A stretch of DNA of 64,000 bases from Armatimonadota bacterium (GTDB lineage: Bacteria; Armatimonadota; HRBIN16). The stretch is taken from NCBI GenBank assembly GCA_963677485.1, contig OY781964.1, positions 1,312,001 through 1,376,000 of the forward strand. The letters are read 5' to 3'. The position numbers were made by a program, and so were the translations under genes. How positions within the stretch are numbered: position 1 is the stretch's first letter; the number at the start of each line of letters is the position of its first letter. Below, piece after piece: positions 42,028 through 51,724 of the stretch. The notes under the pieces are model-generated. The model did not search any database. It worked only from the letters and a program-made list of their open reading frames with translations, and was not told where the DNA came from.

Positions 42028-44054
42028 GCCGGTTCCTCCGCCGTTTTGGCCATCAGGGTTTCGTCTACAATCGTGTTGCCGCTAAAGACGAGTGCGTCTA
42101 GCTCAGCCAACAGTTGATCGTCCCTAAAACCTCGCAGTTGGATACTGGCACTGCGGCACGCGGCCACACAGGTGCCGCATCCATGACACAGCCCTTCATT
42201 CACAGAGGCCACCATCTTAGTGGGGTTGCCCTTGCGGTCGGTCAACTGTTCGGCAGTGATCGCTCCGAATGGGCATACCGCTACGCAGAGCTGGCATCCA
42301 GAGCAGGAGTTGTTGTTCACCTCTGCCACGTTGGCTTCCGATTCGAGATGGTCTTTGCTGAACAGCCCGATCACTTTGGAGGCAGCGGCACTGGCTTGGG
42401 CCACGCTATCGGGGATGTCTTTGGGATACTGGCAGGCACCGGCTAGATACACGCCAGCAGTCAGTACTTCAACGGGTCGGAGTTTCGGGTGCGCTTCACT
42501 AAACCAGTTGTCGCCATCCACGCTGATGCCCAGGGTGCGCGCGGTTTGCTTGGCATCGGTCTGAGCTTCCATGGCGGCGGCCAGCACCACCATATCGGCT
42601 TCGATCTCCACCTGTTTGCCGCTGAGGGTATCAGCACCCTTGACCATCAATTTGTCACCCCTTTGAGTGACCTTACTGACGCGGCCACGCAGATAGATGG
42701 CGCCGTATTTGTCTTGCGTCCTGCGCACGAACTCCTCGTAGCCCTTGCCATTGGCGCGGACGTCCATGTAGAACACATAAGCCTGAGCGTCGGGGCACTT
42801 TTCGCGCAGCAGCAAGGCGTGTTTGGCATTATACATACAGCATACTTTACTGCAGTAACTATGCCCGGTCTCATCATCGCGGCTGCCGATGCAGCTAATG
42901 AATACCACGTTCTTGGGCGGCTTGTGGTCACTGGGGCGCACCAGTTTGCCATCGGTAGGCCCGCTGGCGTTGAACAACCGCTCGAACTGCAGGCTGGTGA
43001 TGACATCTTGATACCGGCCGAAACCCAGGTTGCCGTATGGTGTGGGATCCCACATCTTGAAGCCTGTGGCGGCGACGACCGCACCGAAGCTGTCCTCAAA
43101 CACAGTATCTTCCTGTGTGTAGTCGATCGCACCGGCAGGACATCTCTTTTGGCAGGAGCCGCATTTGTCTTTGAGGAATTTCGTGCAGATAGTGCGGTCA
43201 ATCACGGGCACATTCGGCACCGCTTGCGGGAAGGGCACATAGATCGCCTTGCGCGTGCCCAGCTCGCAGTCAAACTCGTTAGGAGCTTTTGAAGGGCATT
43301 TTTCCCAGCACATACCGCATCCGGTACACTTGCTCTCGTCCACGCTGCGCGCTTTTTTGCGAATCGTCACCGTGAAGTTGCCAACAAACCCCTCCACTTT
43401 TTCGACTTCGCTGTAAGTCAGCATCCGAATGTTGGGATGGCTGGCGCAATCCACCATTTTGGGTGTCAGGATGCAGGCTGCACAGTCCAGTGTGGGGAAT
43501 GTTTTGTCATACTGGGCCATTTTTCCGCCGATACTGGGAGTTCGCTCTACCAGAGTCACGTGATAACCCGCATCTGCGATGTCTAACGCGGCCTGGATGC
43601 CTGCGATACCGCCGCCGACCACAAGTGCCTTACGTGTGATAGGAATTTGGTTCGTGAACAGCGGCTTGTTCGTGTCGGCCTTAGCCACCGCCATCGCCAC
43701 CAGGTCGATCGCCTTACGCGTCGCTTCGCCCATATCGGCGTGTACCCACGAGCAATGTTCGCGGATATTCGCCATCTCAAGCATGTGGGGGTTGAGGCCC
43801 ATCTCTGAGATACACCGGCGGAAGGTCGGCTCATGCAGCCGTGGAGAGCAGCTTGCCACCACCACGCGGTCCAGACGATGCTCTGTAATCGCCTGCTTGA
43901 TCTGATTCTGCCCCGGTTCGGAGCACATATACTTATAGTCAGTAGCGAATACTACGCCTGAGTATCGCTTGCTGACTTCTGCGACGTAGGAACAGTCCAC
44001 TGTGCGAGATATGTTCGTGCCGCAATGACATACAAATACACCAACTCGTGCCAT
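42024..44054 (-). CDS. hdrA: Heterodisulfide reductase subunit A
   Basis: GVFVCHCG.NI, CSPRLHE, GGGIAG, KTFPTLDC..C, CSKVCCMY, PKDIP, ferredoxin motifs. Confidence 0.96.
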   Translation of the reverse strand: MARVGVFVCHCGTNISRTVDCSYVAEVSKRYSGVVFATDYKYMCSEPGQNQIKQAITEHRLDRVVVASCSPRLHEPTFRRCISEMGLNPHMLEMANIREHCSWVHADMGEATRKAIDLVAMAVAKADTNKPLFTNQIPITRKALVVGGGIAGIQAALDIADAGYHVTLVERTPSIGGKMAQYDKTFPTLDCAACILTPKMVDCASHPNIRMLTYSEVEKVEGFVGNFTVTIRKKARSVDESKCTGCGMCWEKCPSKAPNEFDCELGTRKAIYVPFPQAVPNVPVIDRTICTKFLKDKCGSCQKRCPAGAIDYTQEDTVFEDSFGAVVAATGFKMWDPTPYGNLGFGRYQDVITSLQFERLFNASGPTDGKLVRPSDHKPPKNVVFISCIGSRDDETGHSYCSKVCCMYNAKHALLLREKCPDAQAYVFYMDVRANGKGYEEFVRRTQDKYGAIYLRGRVSKVTQRGDKLMVKGADTLSGKQVEIEADMVVLAAAMEAQTDAKQTARTLGISVDGDNWFSEAHPKLRPVEVLTAGVYLAGACQYPKDIPDSVAQASAAASKVIGLFSKDHLESEANVAEVNNNSCSGCQLCVAVCPFGAITAEQLTDRKGNPTKMVASVNEGLCHGCGTCVAACRSASIQLRGFRDDQLLAELDALVFSGNTIVDETLMAKTAEEPA

Positions 44055-44885
44055 CTATGCCACACTCCCTTCTAATACTTTTGCCAACGCGGGATGTGGC
44101 GAAATGAGCAGCCGTTGAAGCCCCAGCTCGTTCGGGCTGAAGCCCATGGCCAGCCCTAGTAATTGGGTGAAATAGAGGATGGGTGTGCGCTGATCACCGA
44201 TTTGGCGAGAGTCCAGGTTGGTCTGACACATTGGACAGGCCGTGATGATGATATCAGCACCCGATTCTCGTGCTGCCGTGGCGATGTCGGTGCTCAGCCG
44301 CTGCACGATGTTTTGCTTCGATAGTGCCAGGCTTCCACCGCAGCACTCGGTTGCGTGCGACCAGGCCACTGGATCCGCACCGGCCAGTTTACTGAGCCGG
44401 TCCAGGCTGGTGGGGTTTTCGGAATCTTCACCATCGGCCACAGACTTCGGTCGAAGCATCATGCAGCCGTAGTAGCAGGCCACCTTCAAGCCGGACAACT
44501 GATGGGATACAGCCTGCTGTATACGCTCGTTGGGTAGACTGGCTATCAATTTCATCATGCTGAGAACCTGCACTGAATGCCCCGCTTGAACCGAAGCCAG
44601 CTTCAGGCGGTTGTAGCATGCAGCGCATGGGGCCACCACATCATTCATGCCCATCTTCTTCGCAATATCCAGATTACGCAACGGCAGTTGCTGCGCCAGT
44701 TCATGGCTGGTGCTGTGTGCTGTGGAGGCTCCACAGCAGTTCCAATCTGGGATCTCTTGAAGTTCGATGTTCAGCTTCTGGCAGATGGCCTTTGTAGAAA
44801 GATCATACTCTTTGGCGGTCGAGTGCAGTGAGCACCCCGGGTAATAGGCATATGTAAGGGTTTTCATGAGCTTTCCTTTACCCAT
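44055..44885 (-). CDS. hdrB: Heterodisulfide reductase subunit B
   Basis: YYPGCS, two CCG motifs, YYGC, ACPMCQ.NLD. Confidence 0.93.
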   Translation of the reverse strand: MGKGKLMKTLTYAYYPGCSLHSTAKEYDLSTKAICQKLNIELQEIPDWNCCGASTAHSTSHELAQQLPLRNLDIAKKMGMNDVVAPCAACYNRLKLASVQAGHSVQVLSMMKLIASLPNERIQQAVSHQLSGLKVACYYGCMMLRPKSVADGEDSENPTSLDRLSKLAGADPVAWSHATECCGGSLALSKQNIVQRLSTDIATAARESGADIIITACPMCQTNLDSRQIGDQRTPILYFTQLLGLAMGFSPNELGLQRLLISPHPALAKVLEGSVA

Positions 44886-45436
44886 TGGCGCAACTGCGAA
44901 AGTCCTTTGATACGCTGTGGGCGGAATGGCAGCTTGCCCTTCTGGAACATGGTGAGTCCCAGTCCAATATCATCCACTAAGCGCCTGGAGCGCAGCTTGT
45001 ATTCCATCACAAGCCCCAATTCAAAAACACGTCCATCGCGGGCGATCGCATTCAGGAAAGATTTATGGAATGCGTGAACCTCAGGCTCAGCCGCTTCAAT
45101 GCCCTGTTTTTCGGCCATTTGTCGCAGCGTGTCCATCACTTCGGCACTGCTTAGTCCTCGCGGACAGCGCAGTTCACAGGTTCCGCAGCCTACACATAGC
45201 CATATCATACGGCTATGAAGAACACTTTCATCGTTTAGCTGCACCAGCCGCATCACCTGGTTAGGGGTGATATCGGCATCATTCACGACCGGACAGCCCG
45301 CAGTACAGTTTCCGCATTGATAACAAGTGGCCATATTTTGACCGCTCTTTTCCTTGACCAAGAGCGAAAACTGACTTTTTGCGGACACCGTTATCCTATT
45401 ATCAGCCAAGAGTACTTCCTCTCTACGAGATATCAT
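44864..45436 (-). CDS. hdrC: Heterodisulfide reductase subunit C
   Basis: CYQCGNCTAGCP, WLCVGCGTCELRCP. Confidence 0.92.
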   Translation of the reverse strand: MISRREEVLLADNRITVSAKSQFSLLVKEKSGQNMATCYQCGNCTAGCPVVNDADITPNQVMRLVQLNDESVLHSRMIWLCVGCGTCELRCPRGLSSAEVMDTLRQMAEKQGIEAAEPEVHAFHKSFLNAIARDGRVFELGLVMEYKLRSRRLVDDIGLGLTMFQKGKLPFRPQRIKGLSQLRQWVKESS

Positions 45437-45563
45437 CAGGTTTTTAGGCCTGATATGAATTTGTCGTTTTGCTGTGTTTTGTTGCGTTTGCTTTTGAATT
45501 GCGGATTATATAATAGATATTATATCAAAATGAAGCATGATGCGCTTGATATAACAAGACAGT

Positions 45564-45581
45564 TTGTGAAATATATCACCG
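45564..45581. promoter_or_regulatory. Candidate Rex operator upstream of the hdr-flx operon
   Basis: TTGTGAAATATATCACCG against the Rex consensus TTGTGAA-N4-TTCACAA (11 of 14 specified positions), in an AT-rich upstream region. Confidence 0.5.
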
Positions 45582-45674
45582 CATATATATAAATATCGTG
45601 CGGTTTCAACTCCTGCAGATGATTCTGAGCACGCCCCAACTACGATCGGGTTATTATTGATTCATCGTCAATCG

Positions 45675-46868
45675 CTAATAGCGGTCTGTGAGGTACATAT
45701 GCTGCTGCCGTTTTGGGAATAAGAGCTGGCATAGCTCAACCACTTCAGCAGAAGCAGGTTCCGGCAACTGAGCAAGAAAGTGCTTGGCCGACACCGCCCC
45801 AAGCACGAGCTGCCCCAATTGGCCGATACTGAGCTTGAGGTGGTTGCGGCTCTCAGATGGCGAGCACATATGCACCCCACCCAAACCGACATGCAGCGAC
45901 TTGCTGCCCAGCTCCGTATCGAACGTGATGCTGCTATCGATGTGCAAAGCACCGTTCCGAGCCAGCCGACGCCACTCAGGCATCATATTCTCAAACAACT
46001 GCTGCATGTTGGCCACACGCACCATACAGTTCGCACAGGCTCTGTGTAGTTGGCTGAATTCGCAGTTTGTGCGCATCAAAGCCGCCGCCACAGCTCCCTC
46101 TTCTGTCACGGCATATGCCATGCGTTTGAGGCTGCGGTTCAGCTTAGCTGCCATCTCCGGCATCCACACCTGGCAAGCCTGTAACAGTGCATCCGCCGCT
46201 GCCGGGCTTTCAGCCAAAGGTTCGCTGATGACGAAAGTTTCCGGCTGCGCCTGCTCCAAAGCGTTCTGGGACCAGCTCCCCCTGCCATGGCAAGCATACG
46301 CGGCTACATGGCCATCCGGTGCGGTCAGCACGATGCACTCATCGTCACGCTCCCCCGTTGCGACGCCACTTAGCCATGACCATGAACGCATGCCTTCAGG
46401 CTTGATACGGGCACCACACACGTTGAGCGACAGGTATTGGGAGTAAATGCGTTGGATATCCGTCAGATCATCCGTCTGCAAGGGCCTCATGTGCCATCCT
46501 GAAGGCAATTCGGGCCCAGAACTGGCAGCATCGACATATACCAGCCGGTTTGGTCCGGCACTGGCGTAGCCGAACTTGTGGTAGTAATTGGGAATTCCAT
46601 AAAGCATCGTCAGCCCCAGCTCCGCCTGCTCCATGAAACGTATCGCTTCTTGCATCACGCGACGGCTCAAGCCTTGATTCCGGCAGTCATCCTCTGTGCC
46701 AACACCAGCGATACCACTCATGTCCACCTGCGAACATCCCACAGCGATAGATTGGACCACAATCCAGCAGCTACTGATAGAGCGCCCATCTCTGACTAGT
46801 TCGACTTTATAGTCGCCATTTTGGTCTTTAATTAAGTTCATTTCCGGATCTTGACAGACGTAGCTCAT
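45675..46868 (-). CDS. Eis-like GNAT acetyltransferase with SCP-like C-terminus
   Basis: GIAGVGT...RNQGLSR, LYGIPNYYHKFGY; AAGGAG RBS before ATG 46868. Confidence 0.85.
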   Translation of the reverse strand: MSYVCQDPEMNLIKDQNGDYKVELVRDGRSISSCWIVVQSIAVGCSQVDMSGIAGVGTEDDCRNQGLSRRVMQEAIRFMEQAELGLTMLYGIPNYYHKFGYASAGPNRLVYVDAASSGPELPSGWHMRPLQTDDLTDIQRIYSQYLSLNVCGARIKPEGMRSWSWLSGVATGERDDECIVLTAPDGHVAAYACHGRGSWSQNALEQAQPETFVISEPLAESPAAADALLQACQVWMPEMAAKLNRSLKRMAYAVTEEGAVAAALMRTNCEFSQLHRACANCMVRVANMQQLFENMMPEWRRLARNGALHIDSSITFDTELGSKSLHVGLGGVHMCSPSESRNHLKLSIGQLGQLVLGAVSAKHFLAQLPEPASAEVVELCQLLFPKRQQHMYLTDRY

Positions 46869-46980
46869 ACTCTCTCCTTGTGAGCAACCAGTCATAGGGA
46901 CGCCCCCACGACAGTATCATTTACAGCCTGGGCAGCCACGTCAGCACGGGCAAGTGCTGTGATGCCGCCCACGTAGCTAA

Positions 46981-47011
46981 TGAGGAGCCGATACTCTCTA
47001 TCGGCTCCTCA
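46981..47011. terminator. Hairpin between the GNAT paralogs
   Basis: Perfect 13-bp stem TGAGGAGCCGATA / TATCGGCTCCTCA. Confidence 0.55.
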
Positions 47012-47021
47012 ACTCATGTAA

Positions 47022-48215
47022 CTAATATCTGTCGGCCAGGAACATGTGTTGCTGGCGTTTTGGGAACAACAGCTTACACGCGGTCACCGCGTCCTCACAA
47101 GGCGGATTCGGCAGTCGGGCCAGCAGGTCTTCAGTCGGCATCGAGCCTATCACCAGCATTGCCAAGTCACCCACGCTCAAGTTCAGTTTATAGCCCGCAT
47201 CCGAGGGGTTACAGAAGCATACTCCACCCATATTGACATGCAGCGCATTCACTCCCGCCGGGGTTTCAAAGCAGATTTTGCTGTCGATGGAACCTGCCGA
47301 CTGCCTTGCCAGCCGACGCCACTCCGGTATCATGAGGTCAAATAGTTGGTCCTGATTGCCCACTCTCACCATGCAGTTCCCGCAGGCACTGTACTGCTGT
47401 CGAAATTCACAGTCCCTGCGCATCAGGGCAGCAGCCACACAGCCCTCTTCCGTGAGAGCGTAGGCGATGCTTGTGATTTCGCGGCTTTCCTTATCGGCAA
47501 TTCCTTTACCCCAGATTTCACAGGCTGACAGCAACACATCGGCCGCTTGCGGGCTTTCAGCCATCGCTTCACTGACCACCAGGGCGGAAGGAATAGCCCG
47601 CTCAAGGCCGTCAGCCACCCAGCTCCCTTTACCATGCCAGGCATATGCAGCGACGTGCCCATCTGGTGCCACGAGAACCAGGCAGTCATCAGCGCGCTCA
47701 CCAGTGGCCACACGGGTCAACTCATTCCATGCGGTTGAGCCTTCTGGACGCACACGGGCACCACAAACATTCTCTGCCAGATACAAAGCATACAACCGCT
47801 TAAGCTCTGAGATATCCTGTACTGTGACAGTACGAATCTGCCAGCCCGCCGGTAACTCAGGAACCTGTTCTTGAGTCTTAATAACTGCACCACGGTTTGG
47901 ACCGGCACTAGCGTATCCAAACTTGTAGTAGTAGTTTGGAATGCCATACAGCATGGTCAGGCCGAAATCCGACTGTTCCATGAAGCGCATCGTCTCCTGC
48001 AGCACACGGCGGCTCAGCCCTTGGTATCGGCACTCTTCTAAGGTGCCGACATCTGCGATACCGCCCATTTCGACCTGTGCGCAGCCAACTGCGATGGGAC
48101 GATTGGCGATTCGAAGTCGGCTGACGGACTTGCCATCACGCATTAAGTCGACACGGTAATTGCCGTCTGGCTCCGACAAAACGATAATCTCAGGGTCACG
48201 GCTTATGTAATTCAC
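47022..48215 (-). CDS. Eis-like GNAT acetyltransferase (paralog)
   Basis: GIADVGT...RYQGLSR, LYGIPNYYYKFGY; GTG at 48215 with AAGGAG RBS aligns with the paralog start. Confidence 0.85.
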   Translation of the reverse strand: MNYISRDPEIIVLSEPDGNYRVDLMRDGKSVSRLRIANRPIAVGCAQVEMGGIADVGTLEECRYQGLSRRVLQETMRFMEQSDFGLTMLYGIPNYYYKFGYASAGPNRGAVIKTQEQVPELPAGWQIRTVTVQDISELKRLYALYLAENVCGARVRPEGSTAWNELTRVATGERADDCLVLVAPDGHVAAYAWHGKGSWVADGLERAIPSALVVSEAMAESPQAADVLLSACEIWGKGIADKESREITSIAYALTEEGCVAAALMRRDCEFRQQYSACGNCMVRVGNQDQLFDLMIPEWRRLARQSAGSIDSKICFETPAGVNALHVNMGGVCFCNPSDAGYKLNLSVGDLAMLVIGSMPTEDLLARLPNPPCEDAVTACKLLFPKRQQHMFLADRY

Positions 48216-48321
48216 GATGGCTCCTTGAACGATCAGATTTTGGGTTGAAGTACGATATTTTAACATGTTTGCCTCACTCAATGCCTGCCCAACCATAAAT
48301 ATACAAAGGTAATTCGGTAGA

Positions 48322-49527
48322 ATGTATGCTATGAAACACCAAAAATTCCTAACACTCGCTGCCTGTCTTTTGATGTCGCTGGCACTTGCTGGCTGCGGTG
48401 GAGGAGGAGGCGGGGCCACCACACCCACTGGTCCTGCCAAGTGGACTGTGTTGGTTTATATGAACGCTGCGAACTCGCTGGACAGTTATGCTGATGCTGA
48501 CATCAATGAGATGGAGCAGGTGGGCTCAACCGACCAGCTGAACGTCATCGTGCAGGTGAAGCGTCGCATTGTAAACTTGCAGAACACTCGACGCCTGCTC
48601 ATTGGTAAGGACAGTCAGCCGAGTACGGTCACATCACCGGTTATACAAGACCTTGGTCTAGGTGTCGACATGGGTGACTGGCAGACACTGAAGAATTTCG
48701 TTCAGTGGGGCATCGCCACATACCCAAGCGAGCACGTGGCGGTGATCATCTGGAACCATGGCGATGGCTGGCGCAGCTTGACGGCTGCAAGCCCTGTCAC
48801 CAAATCGATCAGCGAAGATGACTTAACCGGCAACCACATTGAAGTTTGGCAGTTACCGCAGGCACTGCGTCCGCTGGATACCAGCCCTGTGCTGGATGTG
48901 CTGGCGTATGATGCTTGCTACATGCAGATGGCGGAAGTGGCTCAGGAAGTTCGGCTCTGCACGCAGTATATCTGCGGCAGTGAGGAGTTCTTCCCGGGTG
49001 AAGGCTACCCATATGAGCTGATGCTGGCCCCGCTGCACGACACCCCAACGATCGGAGCCAAGGCATTTGCTGCCACGCTGGTGAACCAGATATTCGCGGG
49101 GTTGAGTTATAACGGCAGCATCACGCAAAGCGCCCTGGATGCATCGACTATCACAACGCTCACTGCGAAGATTGACGCCTTTGCTGGTGCATTGATGAGC
49201 AGCAGCATCACGAAAGATGAAGCAAATGTGGTTCGAACCCAGGCGCAAGCGTATGTCATCCCTGAAAACAAGGATATTATAGATTATGCTAAGCGCATGG
49301 CGGCTCTGAGGCCGTCCGACGCGAACCTTCAATCTGCATATACGCAACTGACGGCCGCGATGGCCAGCACAGTGATTAACGAAAAACACACCAACGATGC
49401 CGTTAAAGATTCGCACGGAGTGGCTATCTATCTGCCCTCTCGGTTGGACTTTAACAACAAATATCTGAGTACAGCCTTCAGCCGAGCGACCCGCTGGGAT
49501 GAATGGATTCAATCACAAGGGCAATAG
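48322..49527 (+). CDS. Clostripain-family (C11) cysteine peptidase lipoprotein
   Basis: Lipobox LAGC, WTVLVYM, WNHG.GW (His), DAC.M (Cys). Confidence 0.88.
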   Translation: MYAMKHQKFLTLAACLLMSLALAGCGGGGGGATTPTGPAKWTVLVYMNAANSLDSYADADINEMEQVGSTDQLNVIVQVKRRIVNLQNTRRLLIGKDSQPSTVTSPVIQDLGLGVDMGDWQTLKNFVQWGIATYPSEHVAVIIWNHGDGWRSLTAASPVTKSISEDDLTGNHIEVWQLPQALRPLDTSPVLDVLAYDACYMQMAEVAQEVRLCTQYICGSEEFFPGEGYPYELMLAPLHDTPTIGAKAFAATLVNQIFAGLSYNGSITQSALDASTITTLTAKIDAFAGALMSSSITKDEANVVRTQAQAYVIPENKDIIDYAKRMAALRPSDANLQSAYTQLTAAMASTVINEKHTNDAVKDSHGVAIYLPSRLDFNNKYLSTAFSRATRWDEWIQSQGQ

Positions 49528-49551
49528 TTCAGTATTAGAGGAGAATAGCCG

Positions 49552-50040
49552 ATGAAACCCATGACATGGATAGCTGCGTTAGCGGCCCTTACGGTATTAG
49601 CCGGATGTGGCGGCGGCGGTGGTGGAGGTGGCGATACCAACCCACCGGTCACTGACATGCTTACAGGCACCCTTAAGACCGATGGCGGTACCGCCGTCGT
49701 CGGTGTGCAGATCGCCATTTTGAAGACCGATGGCAGCGTGGTCATCGCCACCAGCAACTCAAGTGGACAGATCGCGATGGATATTCCCACGAACGCCCGG
49801 GGCTTTGTGGTCAATGCGATGCCCGTCGCTGGCGGTAGTTACTACCCGATCTTCACCTATGGCGGCAAGACTTTCCAGTTGAGCATCAGCAGTTCGGCTG
49901 ACTACAGCAAACTGCCAGAATTGTTTATACTGACGATACCGCCAAGCAAAGACATAAGCGGGCTGACATTTTACAACACCTCAACGCCTCCGCCTCCGCC
50001 ATCTAGCACAGATTACATCTGGCCCACATCGGGCACGTAA
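49552..50040 (+). CDS. Hypothetical lipoprotein
   Basis: Lipobox LAGC followed by poly-Gly; GAGGAG RBS. Confidence 0.75.
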   Translation: MKPMTWIAALAALTVLAGCGGGGGGGGDTNPPVTDMLTGTLKTDGGTAVVGVQIAILKTDGSVVIATSNSSGQIAMDIPTNARGFVVNAMPVAGGSYYPIFTYGGKTFQLSISSSADYSKLPELFILTIPPSKDISGLTFYNTSTPPPPPSSTDYIWPTSGT

Positions 50041-50052
50041 GCATCGACATGC

Positions 50053-50092
50053 ACATCAGGGCAGACCGACTGGTCTGCCCTGATGTTGTTTT
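50053..50092 (+). terminator. Rho-independent terminator
   Basis: 15-bp stem ACATCAGGGCAGACC / GGTCTGCCCTGATGT followed by TGTTTT. Confidence 0.8.
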
Positions 50093-50170
50093 CTGGGTTG
50101 TGTATGACCCGCATATCGTGGTTGGGTTAGCAGGATGTGGTAGAAACAAGCCGATGTGTGTCATTAGGTG

Positions 50171-50266
50171 TCCGGACACCCACGGAGTGGGTAAGATTCT
50201 TATAGCCAGGGGTAAGCGAAGCGCAACCCCTGGTTCAGAGCCCCAATATCTACCCCGAAGGGGTCG
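50171..50266. repeat. ~100-bp REP-like unit, copy of 20629-20728
   Basis: 63-64-bp core differs by one substitution and one indel; both copies end in TACCCCGAAG..GGTCG. Confidence 0.9.
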
Positions 50267-50347
50267 GTCGGGGCGACTCGAATGGTTGGGTTCTGCTGCC
50301 GGATTCTAGCGGCTTTTCGGGTAAGTAGCCGTGTCCTTTAGGGCAGT

Positions 50348-50567
50348 CTATTACCCACAAGTCCAGATTGGGATCGTATCGAGCATGTGCCGCGACATAA
50401 ATGTCTCGGCTATTGAACATCAAGCCCGCTAAACCGGGCTGCGGAGCTCCTTGCCGACAAAGATAACGTTAATGAAGACTGCTTCAGCAGTCTTGGTGTT
50501 CAATAGCCGAGACATTTATGTCGCGGAATCGGTGACCTACTGGCCATGCAATAATTGTGGGTAATAG
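50348..50567. mobile_element. MITE-like non-coding element with nested inverted repeats
   Basis: Perfect 13-bp outer IR CTATTACCCACAA / TTGTGGGTAATAG; 34/35 inner IR 50390-50424 vs 50492-50526. Confidence 0.6.
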
Positions 50568-50650
50568 CCATGTGCTTTAGCGCGTGGTGGAGGCATGCTC
50601 CTGGCTACGCGCGCCCATGATGGTATCAACATTCCGCCGGACGACGAGAA

Positions 50651-51577
50651 CTACGGCATGGGTTGCTGAAACTGGATAATATGCAGCAGTTGAAGCAGCA
50701 GATAAATCGCAGGGATGCCCAGCATCAGGCTATCGAACCGGTCCAACACACCGCCGTGACCCGGAAGAACAGCCCCCGTATCCTTCACACCGGCCTCGCG
50801 CTTCAGCGCGCTTTCAAACAAGTCGCCGATGATGCCTGCCACGGCAGCCACCACACCGATCAGCGTGGCCATACCCATAGGCACCAGGATATCCTTGGAC
50901 GGGTTAAACTGGCTGCCGTAGATCACCGCAAACAGCCAGGCGGTCAGCACAGATCCGATCACACCGGCGGCGGCACCCTCCCAGCTCTTTTTAGGGCTGA
51001 GCCTTACTGCCATCTTGTGTTTGCCATACCGCTTGCCCAGGAAATAGGCGGAGGAATCGCATATCCACACGCACCAGCAGACCAGCAGAAGCATCCATTT
51101 TCCTTCAATGGAGATATTCGGAGCCAGAGGGAAACTCGCAGGATGAAGCTGTAGTGACACCCAGGTGCGGTAGAGCACGCCGGTGTAGAGGGCGATCATC
51201 GCCGCACTGCTCAGGTTGCTCCAGGCGTGGATGCGTTCGCTATGATCGGCAATCCACACTTCATAGACCACACCAAGCACGATAAACAGCGTCAGGATGG
51301 GGTAGGTTAAGCGGGATTCAACTTGCGGGTAGTGAAAGCTAAGCCAGGCATCGAAGGGCAACATGACTCCCAGCAGCACAACCGCCCAGTTTACGCGTGA
51401 ACCGGGATTCTGCTGCTCCCAGATCATGCTTAACTCACCGGCGCAGAGGAAAGCGGCCAATGTGACAAAAAGTGCCCATACGATGTCACCCGGTACCGGC
51501 AGCCATGATATTTCACGCGGCACAAATACACACGCCAGCACGATAGGAATGCCCACCAGTGAAGTAATCAGCCTCAT
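50651..51577 (-). CDS. cdsA: Phosphatidate cytidylyltransferase (start uncertain, frame open to 51640)
   Basis: SPKKSWEG, GDLFESALKR..GVKD...PGHGGVLDRFDS. Confidence 0.93.
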   Translation of the reverse strand: MRLITSLVGIPIVLACVFVPREISWLPVPGDIVWALFVTLAAFLCAGELSMIWEQQNPGSRVNWAVVLLGVMLPFDAWLSFHYPQVESRLTYPILTLFIVLGVVYEVWIADHSERIHAWSNLSSAAMIALYTGVLYRTWVSLQLHPASFPLAPNISIEGKWMLLLVCWCVWICDSSAYFLGKRYGKHKMAVRLSPKKSWEGAAAGVIGSVLTAWLFAVIYGSQFNPSKDILVPMGMATLIGVVAAVAGIIGDLFESALKREAGVKDTGAVLPGHGGVLDRFDSLMLGIPAIYLLLQLLHIIQFQQPMP

Positions 51578-51724
51578 GGCGAGCTCACTAACGATAAAGC
51601 GCTTACGAAAGCCGGTAATATGTTTGTAGGTTCTACTCAAACTGGGCCAGCTCCCTGTTTCTGTTTATATGGCAACATGATATCATACGCAGGCATGCTC
51701 TGCGCAGTTCCTGGAGGTAATTCC

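Noticed and set aside
41566-44054. Selenocysteine recoding in HdrA/MvhD
   Set aside because: The relevant positions are Cys codons and the frames are uninterrupted.
48216-48440. N-terminal extension of the second GNAT in the ORF track
   Set aside because: It is antisense to the clostripain start; the RBS and paralog alignment place the start at 48215.
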